From NCBI GenBank assembly GCA_021796895.1, contig JAKABN010000001.1, positions 1 to 54,488 of the forward strand: a stretch of DNA of 54,488 nucleotides, given 5' to 3'. Positions 44,029-52,406 of this stretch are shown piece after piece. How positions within the stretch are numbered: the first letter of the stretch is position 1; each line of letters begins with the position of its first letter. The notes beneath the pieces are model-generated. The model was not told where the DNA came from and did no database searches. It saw nothing but the letters and a program-made list of their open reading frames with translations. A program made the translations under genes and the position numbers. Source of the DNA: Thermoplasmata archaeon (GTDB lineage: Archaea; Thermoplasmatota; Thermoplasmata; Sysuiplasmatales; Sysuiplasmataceae).

Positions 44029-45620
44029 GCCGAGTTCTCTTCCTCGACCCCGGGAATTTTTTTCAGCCGGCCGGTTTCGTTTCTCACTTTTTCCGTTGAA
44101 AGACGTTCGGCAAGCAGAACTGCCTTCAGCAGCAGGCCGGAATTCTCTCTCAACTGCTGTTCCATCTCGTTCAGGGCGCGCTGTTTACCTTCGGGCTCAG
44201 TGAGCTCCCTGAGCCTGTCGTCAATTGTTCTCAGGAGTTCCGTCTCCCGGTTACGCATATTCTCCTCCACTGTCCTGATCTCCTCCTTGATGATCTCGCG
44301 GGCGCCCTCCAGCTCGTTCAGACGCACGATCTGCCTGTCCTGTCCCTGGATGTTTCCGGACTTCACTGCAACTATGGCATTCTCGATTCTCGAAAGATAA
44401 CTGTCGAGTCTGTCCTCCAGCTGCTGTCTCCGGACAGCCTCCTCTTTCAGCCTTTCCTCGATTTCGGCACTCAGCGAATCCGTTTCCTCTGCGCTGTTGT
44501 CGCTGTACACTGTCTCGGATCCTCGCTCAATGAGCGCCAGATGCTGTGCGTCAAGTGTTCTTGGATCTACAGAGACAACGACGGTGGTTCCGGTCGTAAT
44601 TATCATGTCTTCTATCCTGTTGATGAATTTGAGGACCGCGTCAAAGCCGTTGTTGGCTATCAGATATTCCAGACCGTCTATCAGCACTATGCCCCTGCGG
44701 TTGGAGTCAATAAATTTTGTAAGAGAATTCTGAACGCTTCCGAGATGTGTCGGATTGACGCATCTTCTTCCGACCAGTGTGGTCAGCCATATGACATCAT
44801 CCTCGTTTATGTGTATGAACCTCACCGACTGCACTCTTTCCGGTGGTTCACGGCCGATTATCATGCACTTCATCCCCTCGTTTGAGAGTCTGCGTATCAG
44901 CGCGTATGACAGGTATGTCTTCTTTTCCTGTATGATGACAACAGAGCCGGGCTGTATCTTTCCATTGCTGATGAGCACGTCGACTTCATCGGCGATATCC
45001 GGCAGCTCGCCCACACTTCCCGATTCCTTCAACCGTGCTACCGGTCTGAGATGCTTGAATATATGCTCGGGCGGATTGTTTCCCCTGTAGACCGATCCCT
45101 GAATGCTGACTTCTCCTAGAATCGTCGAGTCATCCTTGAAATTTGCAGAACCTCCGACTCTGGCAGATCCGCTGATCTTCGAATTCTTTTCCATGATAAG
45201 ATCGCCGTCCACGCTGACGTCCCCCTCAATAACCGTGTCCGCACCGATCCACATGTCTGCCTTCGACGTTACGCCTGACTTTATTACGGAGGAAGCGAAG
45301 ATGCTGACGTTCCCTTCCCTGTCAGTGAAAATTCTGTCCGCGGGATAATTCTCAGTCTGCTTATCTGCAGCATTACGTCCGGGTCCTGTCAGGGCGAGAA
45401 TGCCAAAGAGAGGCGTCACTTTTTGTTTACGTCTGATTTTCGCTATATTGCGCGACATGCCAGCACCCGCGCAGTGAACATTGACTATGCTGTCAATAAA
45501 GCTTCCGACAGAGCCAGTCTCTGCATTTTTGCACTCCGCGTCGAGGTAGTTTATGCCTTGCCGGGCAGCACCCTTCTGCTGGTACAGCCTCACATTTCTT
45601 TTCCATTTAGATGTAATCAT
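44025..45620 (-). CDS. Cytoplasmic fusion protein: bactofilin-like beta-helix, DUF835-like domain and a C-terminal coiled coil
   Basis: The beta-helix repeats are ADMWIGADTVIEGDVSVDGDLIMEKNSKISGSARVGGSANFKDDSTILGEVSIQGSV. The DUF835-like motifs are MIIGREPPERV, VIWLTTLVGRRCVNPTHLGSV and GIVLIDGLEYLIANNGFDAVLKFINRIED. The last ~150 aa are charged heptads (EERLKEEAVRRQQLEDRLDSYLSRIE...). The start may be the Met at 45458. The stop overlaps the convergent gene by 4 nt. Confidence 0.8.
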   Translation of the reverse strand: MITSKWKRNVRLYQQKGAARQGINYLDAECKNAETGSVGSFIDSIVNVHCAGAGMSRNIAKIRRKQKVTPLFGILALTGPGRNAADKQTENYPADRIFTDREGNVSIFASSVIKSGVTSKADMWIGADTVIEGDVSVDGDLIMEKNSKISGSARVGGSANFKDDSTILGEVSIQGSVYRGNNPPEHIFKHLRPVARLKESGSVGELPDIADEVDVLISNGKIQPGSVVIIQEKKTYLSYALIRRLSNEGMKCMIIGREPPERVQSVRFIHINEDDVIWLTTLVGRRCVNPTHLGSVQNSLTKFIDSNRRGIVLIDGLEYLIANNGFDAVLKFINRIEDMIITTGTTVVVSVDPRTLDAQHLALIERGSETVYSDNSAEETDSLSAEIEERLKEEAVRRQQLEDRLDSYLSRIENAIVAVKSGNIQGQDRQIVRLNELEGAREIIKEEIRTVEENMRNRETELLRTIDDRLRELTEPEGKQRALNEMEQQLRENSGLLLKAVLLAERLSTEKVRNETGRLKKIPGVEEENSA

Positions 45621-45780
45621 AAGTACGCTTTTTCGCTTTCCCGATCATTACCATAGAGCGACGGAATCCGTCCAGCCGCGAAATGAGTTTATTTATCCCT
45701 CCTCTCTTTAGTGGGGGAAAGGGGAGACCACGGAAATCTACAATGCCGTTGCGATCGCTATACTGCTGCCATTCACCGTA

Positions 45781-48279
45781 TTGTACGCCCTGTATCGCAT
45801 AGATCCAAGATACCTCATAGGTCTCGGACTGATTTTACTGATATGCTCTGCCGTGGAATCTTCGCTTGGCAATTCCGTCATTTCCAACGATATAGCGATA
45901 GTCTTCTTCTACTGCCTGGTCGTGGGTGTCCTGCTTCTGATAGTCGATGATTACAGGGATTCGCACAAACACAGCAAGAAAACACTCGTTTCGCCCATGT
46001 CTGAATATGCAATCCTGCTGACCGACTGGATAAAGAGACACTATGTGCTCATATCCCGTATACTAATTCCCGCGGCCTTCTTTTCAGCAATTTCGCTGAT
46101 TATAACATGGACTTTCCTTCCCCCGGGGTATGTTCTCGTCACGGACATGGTGTTTGGTCCACGCGTACCGCTTTCAGGTGTTTATGCGCTTTCTCCATCC
46201 CTGGGAGGTGGAAACACCCTTGCAGTTTTTGAGTATGTGGCTTACCTGATGATTCCGGGATGGCTTGTCGAAAAGATATTCCTGTTCCTGATATTTTTCC
46301 TTTCCTGCTGCACAATGTATCTGTTCTCCGGCCATTTTCGCCTTAACGGGCCATCAAGATATTTTTCTTCAATACTATACGCTGTCAATCCGTTCGTCTA
46401 CGCCAGGATCCTTGCGGGTGCATGGGGCCTTCTGTTTGCATATTCATTGTGCCCGCTGGCATTCCTCTCTTTTGTTTCTCTGATGTCGGCCGCGAACCGC
46501 AGAGATATGCTGACACGTGCTGCCCGCACGGCTCTCGTGTTTTCCGTGCTGGCAGTCTTTGACATTCACACCTTTGTGTTAATGATCGGTCTTTCTGCTC
46601 TGTATTTTGTCGTCCTCTTTGTTTACGAGGGAAGAGGCAAACCGGCCTCGCATCTTTACAGAACCGGTACTTCAGTTCTGCTGCTCGCATCGATGCTGTA
46701 CCTTCTCAACTTCTACTGGCTCTATTCGGCCGGTCCGTCCACGCAGCAGATTCTCGGCAATTTCACGTTCCTCGACGCGATTGCATTCGCATCCACTCCC
46801 ACCATTTTCGGCAATACGATGTTCAGCATTGCTGCCATGTACGGTTTCTTCCGGACGGGCTACATCTATCCGGTAAACGTGTTTCCGCCGCTGATTGCGA
46901 TATTCTTCCTGTTCTTCTTCCTGTCCGTCTTCGGCCTGGTCAGCTATTACGGCACTGCCAAGAAGCCGGCGGCCGTCACCATGGCTGTTGCGGCCGTATT
47001 CTCTGTTCTATTTGCGACTGGAATTGCCTCGCCCCTCACATCCGGCCTGTACACTTTCATGTACGACAGCTTTCCGCTGTTCAACGGTTTCAGAGAGCCG
47101 CAGAAATTCGTAGCGCTTCTCGTCTTCGCATACAGTTTCCTAGGCGGCCTGGGAATATTGCATCTCCAGTCTTTCCTGACGGGCAAGGGCAGGGACATGC
47201 TGCCGGAGGGCAGCAGAAGATATGTCGTGGCTGCAATTGCCGTCATCATCGCCGTCTCCCTGCTTTCCCCGTTCGTCTACTCGTACATGGAAATAAACTC
47301 GTTCGACGGGCAGCTGACAAATGTCCATTACCCTTCGGCCTGGTACAGGGCGGAGAGCATCATGAACAACAACACATCGGATTATTCGGTACTCGTATTC
47401 CCCTGGCACGGATACATGTATTATAACTGGAGCGGCACCAAGTTCGCTTCTCCCTTCAATTCGTTCTTCAAACAGGATCTCATATATGGCGGGCGCAACA
47501 CTTACGTCGGCGGAGAGGGTTCACAGCAGCTGTTCTCTCCACTGATACTGTCGATCCTGAATGAACGGAATAACATATCACACCTTGGCAACATACTTTC
47601 GGTTATGGCCGTGAAATACGTTTTCCTCAGCAAGAGCGCTGATTACTGGAACTATTCCTTTCTGTATCACCAGAGCGATATGCGGCTCGTGGAGAACAGC
47701 ACGACCTGTGCACTGTTTCTCAATCTTCATCCTGTTTCAAGGGCGTACATCGTGCACGAAGTCGTTTCTGTGTCATCATACAGGCAGCTGATCGCTCTTT
47801 CGGTCAATTTGAGTCTGAATGAATATGCCTGGACTCTTTCCGGTGGCGGAACATCCGGTGGCGCAACACCTTCTGCCGGGGGAGGCTATTACATTCCTCT
47901 GGTCAGCAGCAAGATTAACGACGCAAGATACACCGTGTCCCTGCCTGGTCTGATCGGCATGAATTCAAGCAACTATCTCGTGTTTGCAACTCCAGGAGGT
48001 CTGCCTTCTGAATGGGCGACAGAACCCGGGCTGATATCTTATTTTTCACAGACTGGTTTATCCATTTCCAGCTCGACAGGCGATATGATATTCCAGGTCA
48101 GGGGCGGTCCGGCACATATTGCATTCAATTATCTTCCTTTCCGGTCGGCCGAAATATCATATGGAATCTCGGTAGCATCCTTTGCAGCCATACTCACGCT
48201 GTTTGTTGCGCTGCCGTTGCTGGAGGAGCGATTTGATTTGCACATCCTTCCCCCGCTACCCCGGAAACGCAACTCCTGA
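45781..48279 (+). CDS. Large polytopic membrane protein with GT-C / STT3(AglB)-like architecture (putative glycosyltransferase)
   Basis: About 13 or more TM helices are followed by a soluble domain of roughly 300 aa. That domain begins AWYRAESIMNNNTSDYSVLVFPWHGYMYYNWSG. A final C-terminal helix is present. The hydrophobic reading frame is open from 45712, but the first canonical start codon is the TTG at 45781. Confidence 0.7.
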   Translation: MYALYRIDPRYLIGLGLILLICSAVESSLGNSVISNDIAIVFFYCLVVGVLLLIVDDYRDSHKHSKKTLVSPMSEYAILLTDWIKRHYVLISRILIPAAFFSAISLIITWTFLPPGYVLVTDMVFGPRVPLSGVYALSPSLGGGNTLAVFEYVAYLMIPGWLVEKIFLFLIFFLSCCTMYLFSGHFRLNGPSRYFSSILYAVNPFVYARILAGAWGLLFAYSLCPLAFLSFVSLMSAANRRDMLTRAARTALVFSVLAVFDIHTFVLMIGLSALYFVVLFVYEGRGKPASHLYRTGTSVLLLASMLYLLNFYWLYSAGPSTQQILGNFTFLDAIAFASTPTIFGNTMFSIAAMYGFFRTGYIYPVNVFPPLIAIFFLFFFLSVFGLVSYYGTAKKPAAVTMAVAAVFSVLFATGIASPLTSGLYTFMYDSFPLFNGFREPQKFVALLVFAYSFLGGLGILHLQSFLTGKGRDMLPEGSRRYVVAAIAVIIAVSLLSPFVYSYMEINSFDGQLTNVHYPSAWYRAESIMNNNTSDYSVLVFPWHGYMYYNWSGTKFASPFNSFFKQDLIYGGRNTYVGGEGSQQLFSPLILSILNERNNISHLGNILSVMAVKYVFLSKSADYWNYSFLYHQSDMRLVENSTTCALFLNLHPVSRAYIVHEVVSVSSYRQLIALSVNLSLNEYAWTLSGGGTSGGATPSAGGGYYIPLVSSKINDARYTVSLPGLIGMNSSNYLVFATPGGLPSEWATEPGLISYFSQTGLSISSSTGDMIFQVRGGPAHIAFNYLPFRSAEISYGISVASFAAILTLFVALPLLEERFDLHILPPLPRKRNS

Positions 48280-48492
48280 CACAACGCGCTCATGACCCCC
48301 ATAATGCTGTTCTGTAACTGTGAAATACGCATCATGAATCATATGCGTTCGCCTGCGCTTTCTGCACTCTGCTCCAGGCGGATACGAAATTGTTTCAAGC
48401 CGTCAGGAGTTATGTGGTCAGGCTCGTTCAGGCGATACAGTGTGACGAAAGCCTGAACTGCAGCAGGCGCAATCCACCGGCAGGTGAACGAA

Positions 48493-48861
48493 ATGACCGT
48501 ACCATCCGACGGGAAGCATGATACGCACAGTCAAGTCTACCAGGAACTCCCAATCGAAGAGCAGAAGAAGATGGCTGCGGAGCATCCCGGCAAATCATGG
48601 CATGACTGGTTCCTGGAAGACTTTCTGCGTTATTCATTCTGGCCCATTGTTCTGTTCGAGTCTCTGTTTGTCGCTTCCATCATCTCTTATCTGACAGGCG
48701 TTTCCCAGTTTGATCCCTTGCTGCTGGGCTCCACGACTGCACTCATGCTCGCAGTCGAATACTATTACATTTACAGGAGAATCTGGGGCAGCATCAGAAA
48801 AAAGCACAATGATGATGAATCCGACATCGCACAGGGCGACATATTCGACAGAATAAAGTGA
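48493..48861 (+). CDS. Small two-helix membrane protein (hypothetical)
   Basis: The hydrophobic helices are FWPIVLFESLFVASIISYLTG and LLLGSTTALMLAVEYYYIY. No family was recognised. Confidence 0.5.
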   Translation: MTVPSDGKHDTHSQVYQELPIEEQKKMAAEHPGKSWHDWFLEDFLRYSFWPIVLFESLFVASIISYLTGVSQFDPLLLGSTTALMLAVEYYYIYRRIWGSIRKKHNDDESDIAQGDIFDRIK

Positions 48862-48981
48862 CACCGTGCGAAGCGCAGGTGTTCGTGAAAATGGTTGCTT
48901 AAGATGTTTAAAGTGCAGCTCTGCAGCATGATGTTCAGTCTTTTAACAGGGGATCGCAGCAGAGCGCCGCCCGCTGAGCAG

Positions 48982-49614
48982 TCATTCATTCCAGATGTTG
49001 TGCATTTTCTGGCACTTTTCATATCTCTTCGAAACCCGGTCCCAGTTGAGATTCTTGAAAAACGCCTCTATGTATCCCTTCCTGCCGGTGCCGTAATCGA
49101 TGTAGTATGCGTGTTCGTAAACATCCATCAGGACCAGCGGAACAACGGTCGCCGGAAAACCGGCGTTCTGGGCGTCGAGCACAACATTGTGCAGTTTTCC
49201 GTCGTCCAGACCGTAGCACAGCATTCCCCAGCCGCGAGCGGCCATCCCTGATGCCACAAAATCCTCCTTCCACTTGTCGAAGGAGCCGAAATCCTCAGTC
49301 ATGGCTCTCTGCAGATGCTCTGAGGGCCCGGTGCCTTTACCGTCTTCGAAATCACCGAAGTAGAGCTTGTGATTCCACATCCCGCCGAGATTGAAGGAGA
49401 GCTGTCTCTTCGCCTCTCCGTACTCGCTGTACGTTCCTGCAGATTTGGAAGGATCTGCAAAACTGTTCGCGATCTTTTCGTATATTTCGTTGGTCTTGTT
49501 GACGTAACCCTCGTAGAGTTTGAAGTGTTCGGCGAACGTCTTCGCTGAAATGCCTTCCACTTCCTTGTACTTGAGCGGATTAGCCGCATATTTCTGTCTT
49601 GACAATTGATTCAC
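48982..49614 (-). CDS. sod: Fe/Mn superoxide dismutase
   Basis: Metal-ligand contexts are FAEHFKLYEGYVNKTN, GGMWNHKLYF and LMDVYEHAYYIDYG, followed by NLNWDRV. The GTG at 49614 lies 28 nt downstream of the centre of a TATA element. The longer ATG start at 49683 would place that element inside the gene. Confidence 0.9.
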   Translation of the reverse strand: MNQLSRQKYAANPLKYKEVEGISAKTFAEHFKLYEGYVNKTNEIYEKIANSFADPSKSAGTYSEYGEAKRQLSFNLGGMWNHKLYFGDFEDGKGTGPSEHLQRAMTEDFGSFDKWKEDFVASGMAARGWGMLCYGLDDGKLHNVVLDAQNAGFPATVVPLVLMDVYEHAYYIDYGTGRKGYIEAFFKNLNWDRVSKRYEKCQKMHNIWNE

Positions 49615-49637
49615 CCTGAATGCCCATTTTGTTAATG

Positions 49638-49646
49638 AAATATAAG
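49638..49646. promoter_or_regulatory. Single central TATA element (AAATATAAG / CTTATATTT) between two divergent start codons
   Basis: Its centre at 49642 is 28 nt from the GTG at 49614 (sod, minus strand). It is also 28 nt from the ATG at 49670 (163-aa ORF, plus strand). Confidence 0.4.
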
Positions 49647-49669
49647 TTTTAGGTTTATTAATTTGCTTA

Positions 49670-50161
49670 ATGGCCCCCTGCATAACATATAATGGTCAGC
49701 GCCTATCCGCTTTTATGGGCAGCACGACAGACGCCAGTGCAATGATGCGGAGAATGTCCTTCCTTGAGGGAGAATGGAAGGGTGGCATACGAAACAGGGA
49801 TTCCAGAAGCAGATATGAGGACATTCTCGTCTGTCGGATGGAAGGGGAGAAGATACACTGCGAGTCGACAATGTACCACAACGGGGAAGCTATAGTGAGC
49901 AGGGTGTTCGACATATGGCTCGATGGCAGCAGTGTTTTGGGAAAATGGAACGTGGACGGCGAAGACAGCGGTATCTACGAATGCGAATATGAGGAGGAAA
50001 AGGATGAATTTCTCTTCAACCTGAGAGATTATCCCACATCCGTTGATTACAGAACAATCAGGCGCATCGATATGATGCATTTCATCACAATGGAACAGCT
50101 TCCACGCGAGGGAACTTCTTCAGTGGAGACGCTTGAGGTCGAATATTCCAGAACGCTATAG
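49670..50161 (+). CDS. Hypothetical soluble protein (beta-rich, no recognised family)
   Basis: The 163-aa ORF has protein-like composition (FLEGEWKG...WNVDGEDSGIYECEYEEEKDEFLFNL). An alternative start is the Met at 49715. Confidence 0.6.
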   Translation: MAPCITYNGQRLSAFMGSTTDASAMMRRMSFLEGEWKGGIRNRDSRSRYEDILVCRMEGEKIHCESTMYHNGEAIVSRVFDIWLDGSSVLGKWNVDGEDSGIYECEYEEEKDEFLFNLRDYPTSVDYRTIRRIDMMHFITMEQLPREGTSSVETLEVEYSRTL

Positions 50162-50911
50162 ATTGCGTTTCTCCTTCGAAATAATCCGTTCGAAGCCCGA
50201 ACCGTATTGCATCGCCTTCTTCGCTCTTGTGCCTGCCGAAAGGCCCATTTGCAACGCCAGTTTCCTCAGCAAGAACTTGTTCTGGCCGTCCATGAACCTG
50301 TCGCTGTCATCGAGGGCGCGGGAGAAGTGTGTTATGCCTTCACTCAGATACGGCGTGGATAGTTTCTTTCCAAACCGCATTGCGATCGCTCTGTCCCTGC
50401 CAATGCCGTTTGTCAGCAGTGCTGAAAGGTCATCTCTCATTGCCGCACTCCTTTCATGCACGCTCATTTTCCGGTATCTGTCATATCCGCCGAACACTTC
50501 GTCGGCTCCCTGTCCTGTGAACACAAGCTCCTCCCTGACATGCTTCATTGCCAGCGTCATAGGCGAATATATCGAAAGTTCGAGTCTGTCCGGCTTCCTT
50601 TCCAGCGCATCCTCAAATATGGCGCAGAGCTGTCCGCATGCTTCGACAACATCAGCGGAAGAAGCGGTAATTTTAACTAGAGGTATTCTCAGCTCCAGGG
50701 CGCCCTCCTCTGCCGCCTTCAGATCATGGCTGCCCTCGATTCCCACGGCATATGCTCTTGCGGCCATGACGCGTGAGGCCATGAACGCCACAATGCTGCT
50801 GTCGAGTCCTCCGGAATACAGTACTGCGCACTCCGCGTAATTGTTTCTGAATTCCTCGAAATAATCACGCATGAGTGCGTGCAGTTCTTCCACCTTGCTC
50901 CCGTTCAACAC
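50156..50911 (-). CDS. PP-loop ATP pyrophosphatase, asparagine-synthase C-terminal-domain-like
   Basis: The SGGxDS PP-loop is in AVLYSGGLDSSIVAF. GQGADEVFGGYDRY and FLLRKLALQMGL are typical of AsnB-like domains. No glutaminase domain is present. Confidence 0.85.
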   Translation of the reverse strand: MLNGSKVEELHALMRDYFEEFRNNYAECAVLYSGGLDSSIVAFMASRVMAARAYAVGIEGSHDLKAAEEGALELRIPLVKITASSADVVEACGQLCAIFEDALERKPDRLELSIYSPMTLAMKHVREELVFTGQGADEVFGGYDRYRKMSVHERSAAMRDDLSALLTNGIGRDRAIAMRFGKKLSTPYLSEGITHFSRALDDSDRFMDGQNKFLLRKLALQMGLSAGTRAKKAMQYGSGFERIISKEKRNL

Positions 50912-51021
50912 GGCTGCAATGTGTCCGGATTAGAATAGTTGTCGCAGTTGACCGGTTGCTGCATAATCGCCACTCCCCGGAACGACTGCTGGAAACTGCT
51001 GCAAGAAATAATATAAGGCAG

Positions 51022-51630
51022 ATGCATGAAAGCACGGCGGTGACTCCAATTAGCGCTGACGGGCATTCCGGGCATGACGGCAATGACGGTGCCGTGAGGA
51101 TAAGGCCGCTGCAATGGGCCGATTTCGATGACCTGGTGAAAAACTATTACTCTTTCCACGACGAGCTGGAAAGCTACCCGGACATAGGCCTGACAATAGA
51201 TGAACAGAAGCCTTCCATGGAGGAGGAGGCGATATGGTTTGGCGCTCTGTATGCGGACTTTCTCACAAAGAAGGCAGTGGTGTTCGTTGCGGAAACCGTC
51301 GGTCGCGTAGTGGGTATCTGCGAAGTCAGAAGAGGAGCCAGGCGGCCGGTGAGCCATGTGGGCACACTGGGCATCGCCGTATTGAAAGACTACAGGCGTA
51401 TGGGTATAGGTGAGAAGCTGATGACCCATACAATCTCAGCAGCCCGGGAGTTGTTCGAAGTCATAGTGCTGGACGTCTTCTCCGTTAATGCCGGCGCGAG
51501 TCATCTCTATTCAAAGCTGGGCTTCAGGAGTATGGGAGTGCTTCCCATGGCGGTTAAGAGGCGGGGACGCTATTTCGATGAGGAGCGCATGTACCTGCTG
51601 TGCAGGAAACCCGGGTATCCTGACAAGTAG
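51022..51630 (+). CDS. GNAT-family N-acetyltransferase
   Basis: The acetyl-CoA binding motif is LGIAVLKDYRRMGIGEKLM. SHLYSKLGFRSMG is also present. An internal Met is chosen as the start because it avoids overlap with the divergent PP-loop gene. Confidence 0.85.
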   Translation: MHESTAVTPISADGHSGHDGNDGAVRIRPLQWADFDDLVKNYYSFHDELESYPDIGLTIDEQKPSMEEEAIWFGALYADFLTKKAVVFVAETVGRVVGICEVRRGARRPVSHVGTLGIAVLKDYRRMGIGEKLMTHTISAARELFEVIVLDVFSVNAGASHLYSKLGFRSMGVLPMAVKRRGRYFDEERMYLLCRKPGYPDK

Positions 51631-51737
51631 AGGTGTTCACACCTTTCTTCTGACTGCATCGTCGGTCATAGGAACCATTTTATCCACTCGGTCAATATAT
51701 TCTTTCGAACTGCAACTGAAATATGGAAAGTGGCAAA

Positions 51738-52406
51738 ATGTCGAAGATAAAATTCGAGCGAGGTCTCATTCTTGCACTGGATGAAACGGATTACAGAAAG
51801 GCAATGAATATAGTGAACCAGGTCGGCAAGTATGTCGACGCTATCAAACTTAACTGGCCAATAGTTCTTTCAAACGGGCCACAGATAATCACCGAAATTT
51901 CAAATCACTTCAAAGTGATATGTGATTTCAAAGTATCAGATGTTCCTCACATAAATTCCATGATCACCTCGACCGCCGTGAAGCTCGGCGCATCAGGCAT
52001 CATCGTTCACGGCTTCCCCGGAGAGGATTCCGTAGAGGCATGCATGAACAGCGCCCACGGAGCATCTATTTTTCTAGTAGTAGAAATGTCAAATCCGGGC
52101 TCAGCGGAATTTGGAAAGAAATTTTCCGATGAGCTGGCAAGAATGGCGGTTAAGCTGAAAGTCGATGGCATAGTGGCGCCGGCCACGAGGCAGGAGCGGA
52201 TCAGGCATTTCAGGGGAATCGTCGGTGGCCTGCAGATTGTGACACCGGGCGTCGGAGCGCAGGGCGGCGACGCAGGGAAGGCAATCGCGAACGGAGCAGA
52301 TGCTCTGATAGTCGGGCGCAGCATTTATGAATCAAAAGAGCCGATGGAAGTAGTTAACAATTTTCTGTCAGAGGTGCAATCCGCAAGAGAGCGCAATATT
52401 CAGTGA
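51738..52406 (+). CDS. pyrF: Orotidine 5'-phosphate decarboxylase
   Basis: Supporting motifs are LILALD, DAIKLNWP, ICDFKVSDVPHIN, VTPGVGAQGG and LIVGRSIY. The start is either 51723 or 51738. Confidence 0.88.
   Translation: MSKIKFERGLILALDETDYRKAMNIVNQVGKYVDAIKLNWPIVLSNGPQIITEISNHFKVICDFKVSDVPHINSMITSTAVKLGASGIIVHGFPGEDSVEACMNSAHGASIFLVVEMSNPGSAEFGKKFSDELARMAVKLKVDGIVAPATRQERIRHFRGIVGGLQIVTPGVGAQGGDAGKAIANGADALIVGRSIYESKEPMEVVNNFLSEVQSARERNIQ

Noticed and set aside
45711-45950. 79-aa GTG-initiated ORF at the 5' end of the GT-C-like gene
   Set aside because: It is in a different frame from the long hydrophobic ORF and its translation is Arg/Cys/His-rich. It was only considered because the long ORF lacks a canonical start upstream of 45781.
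45781-48279. Firm annotation as oligosaccharyltransferase AglB
   Set aside because: The WWDYG motif is not present as such (PWHGY at the analogous place). I cannot verify the DxD and DK/MI motifs without an alignment, so this is kept as GT-C-like only.
50133-51429. ORFs 50133-50840 (plus strand, 235 aa) and 50905-51429 (minus strand, 174 aa)
   Set aside because: They are antisense to the PP-loop ATPase and GNAT genes respectively, both of which have diagnostic motifs. They are low-complexity Ser/Ala/Leu-rich shadows.
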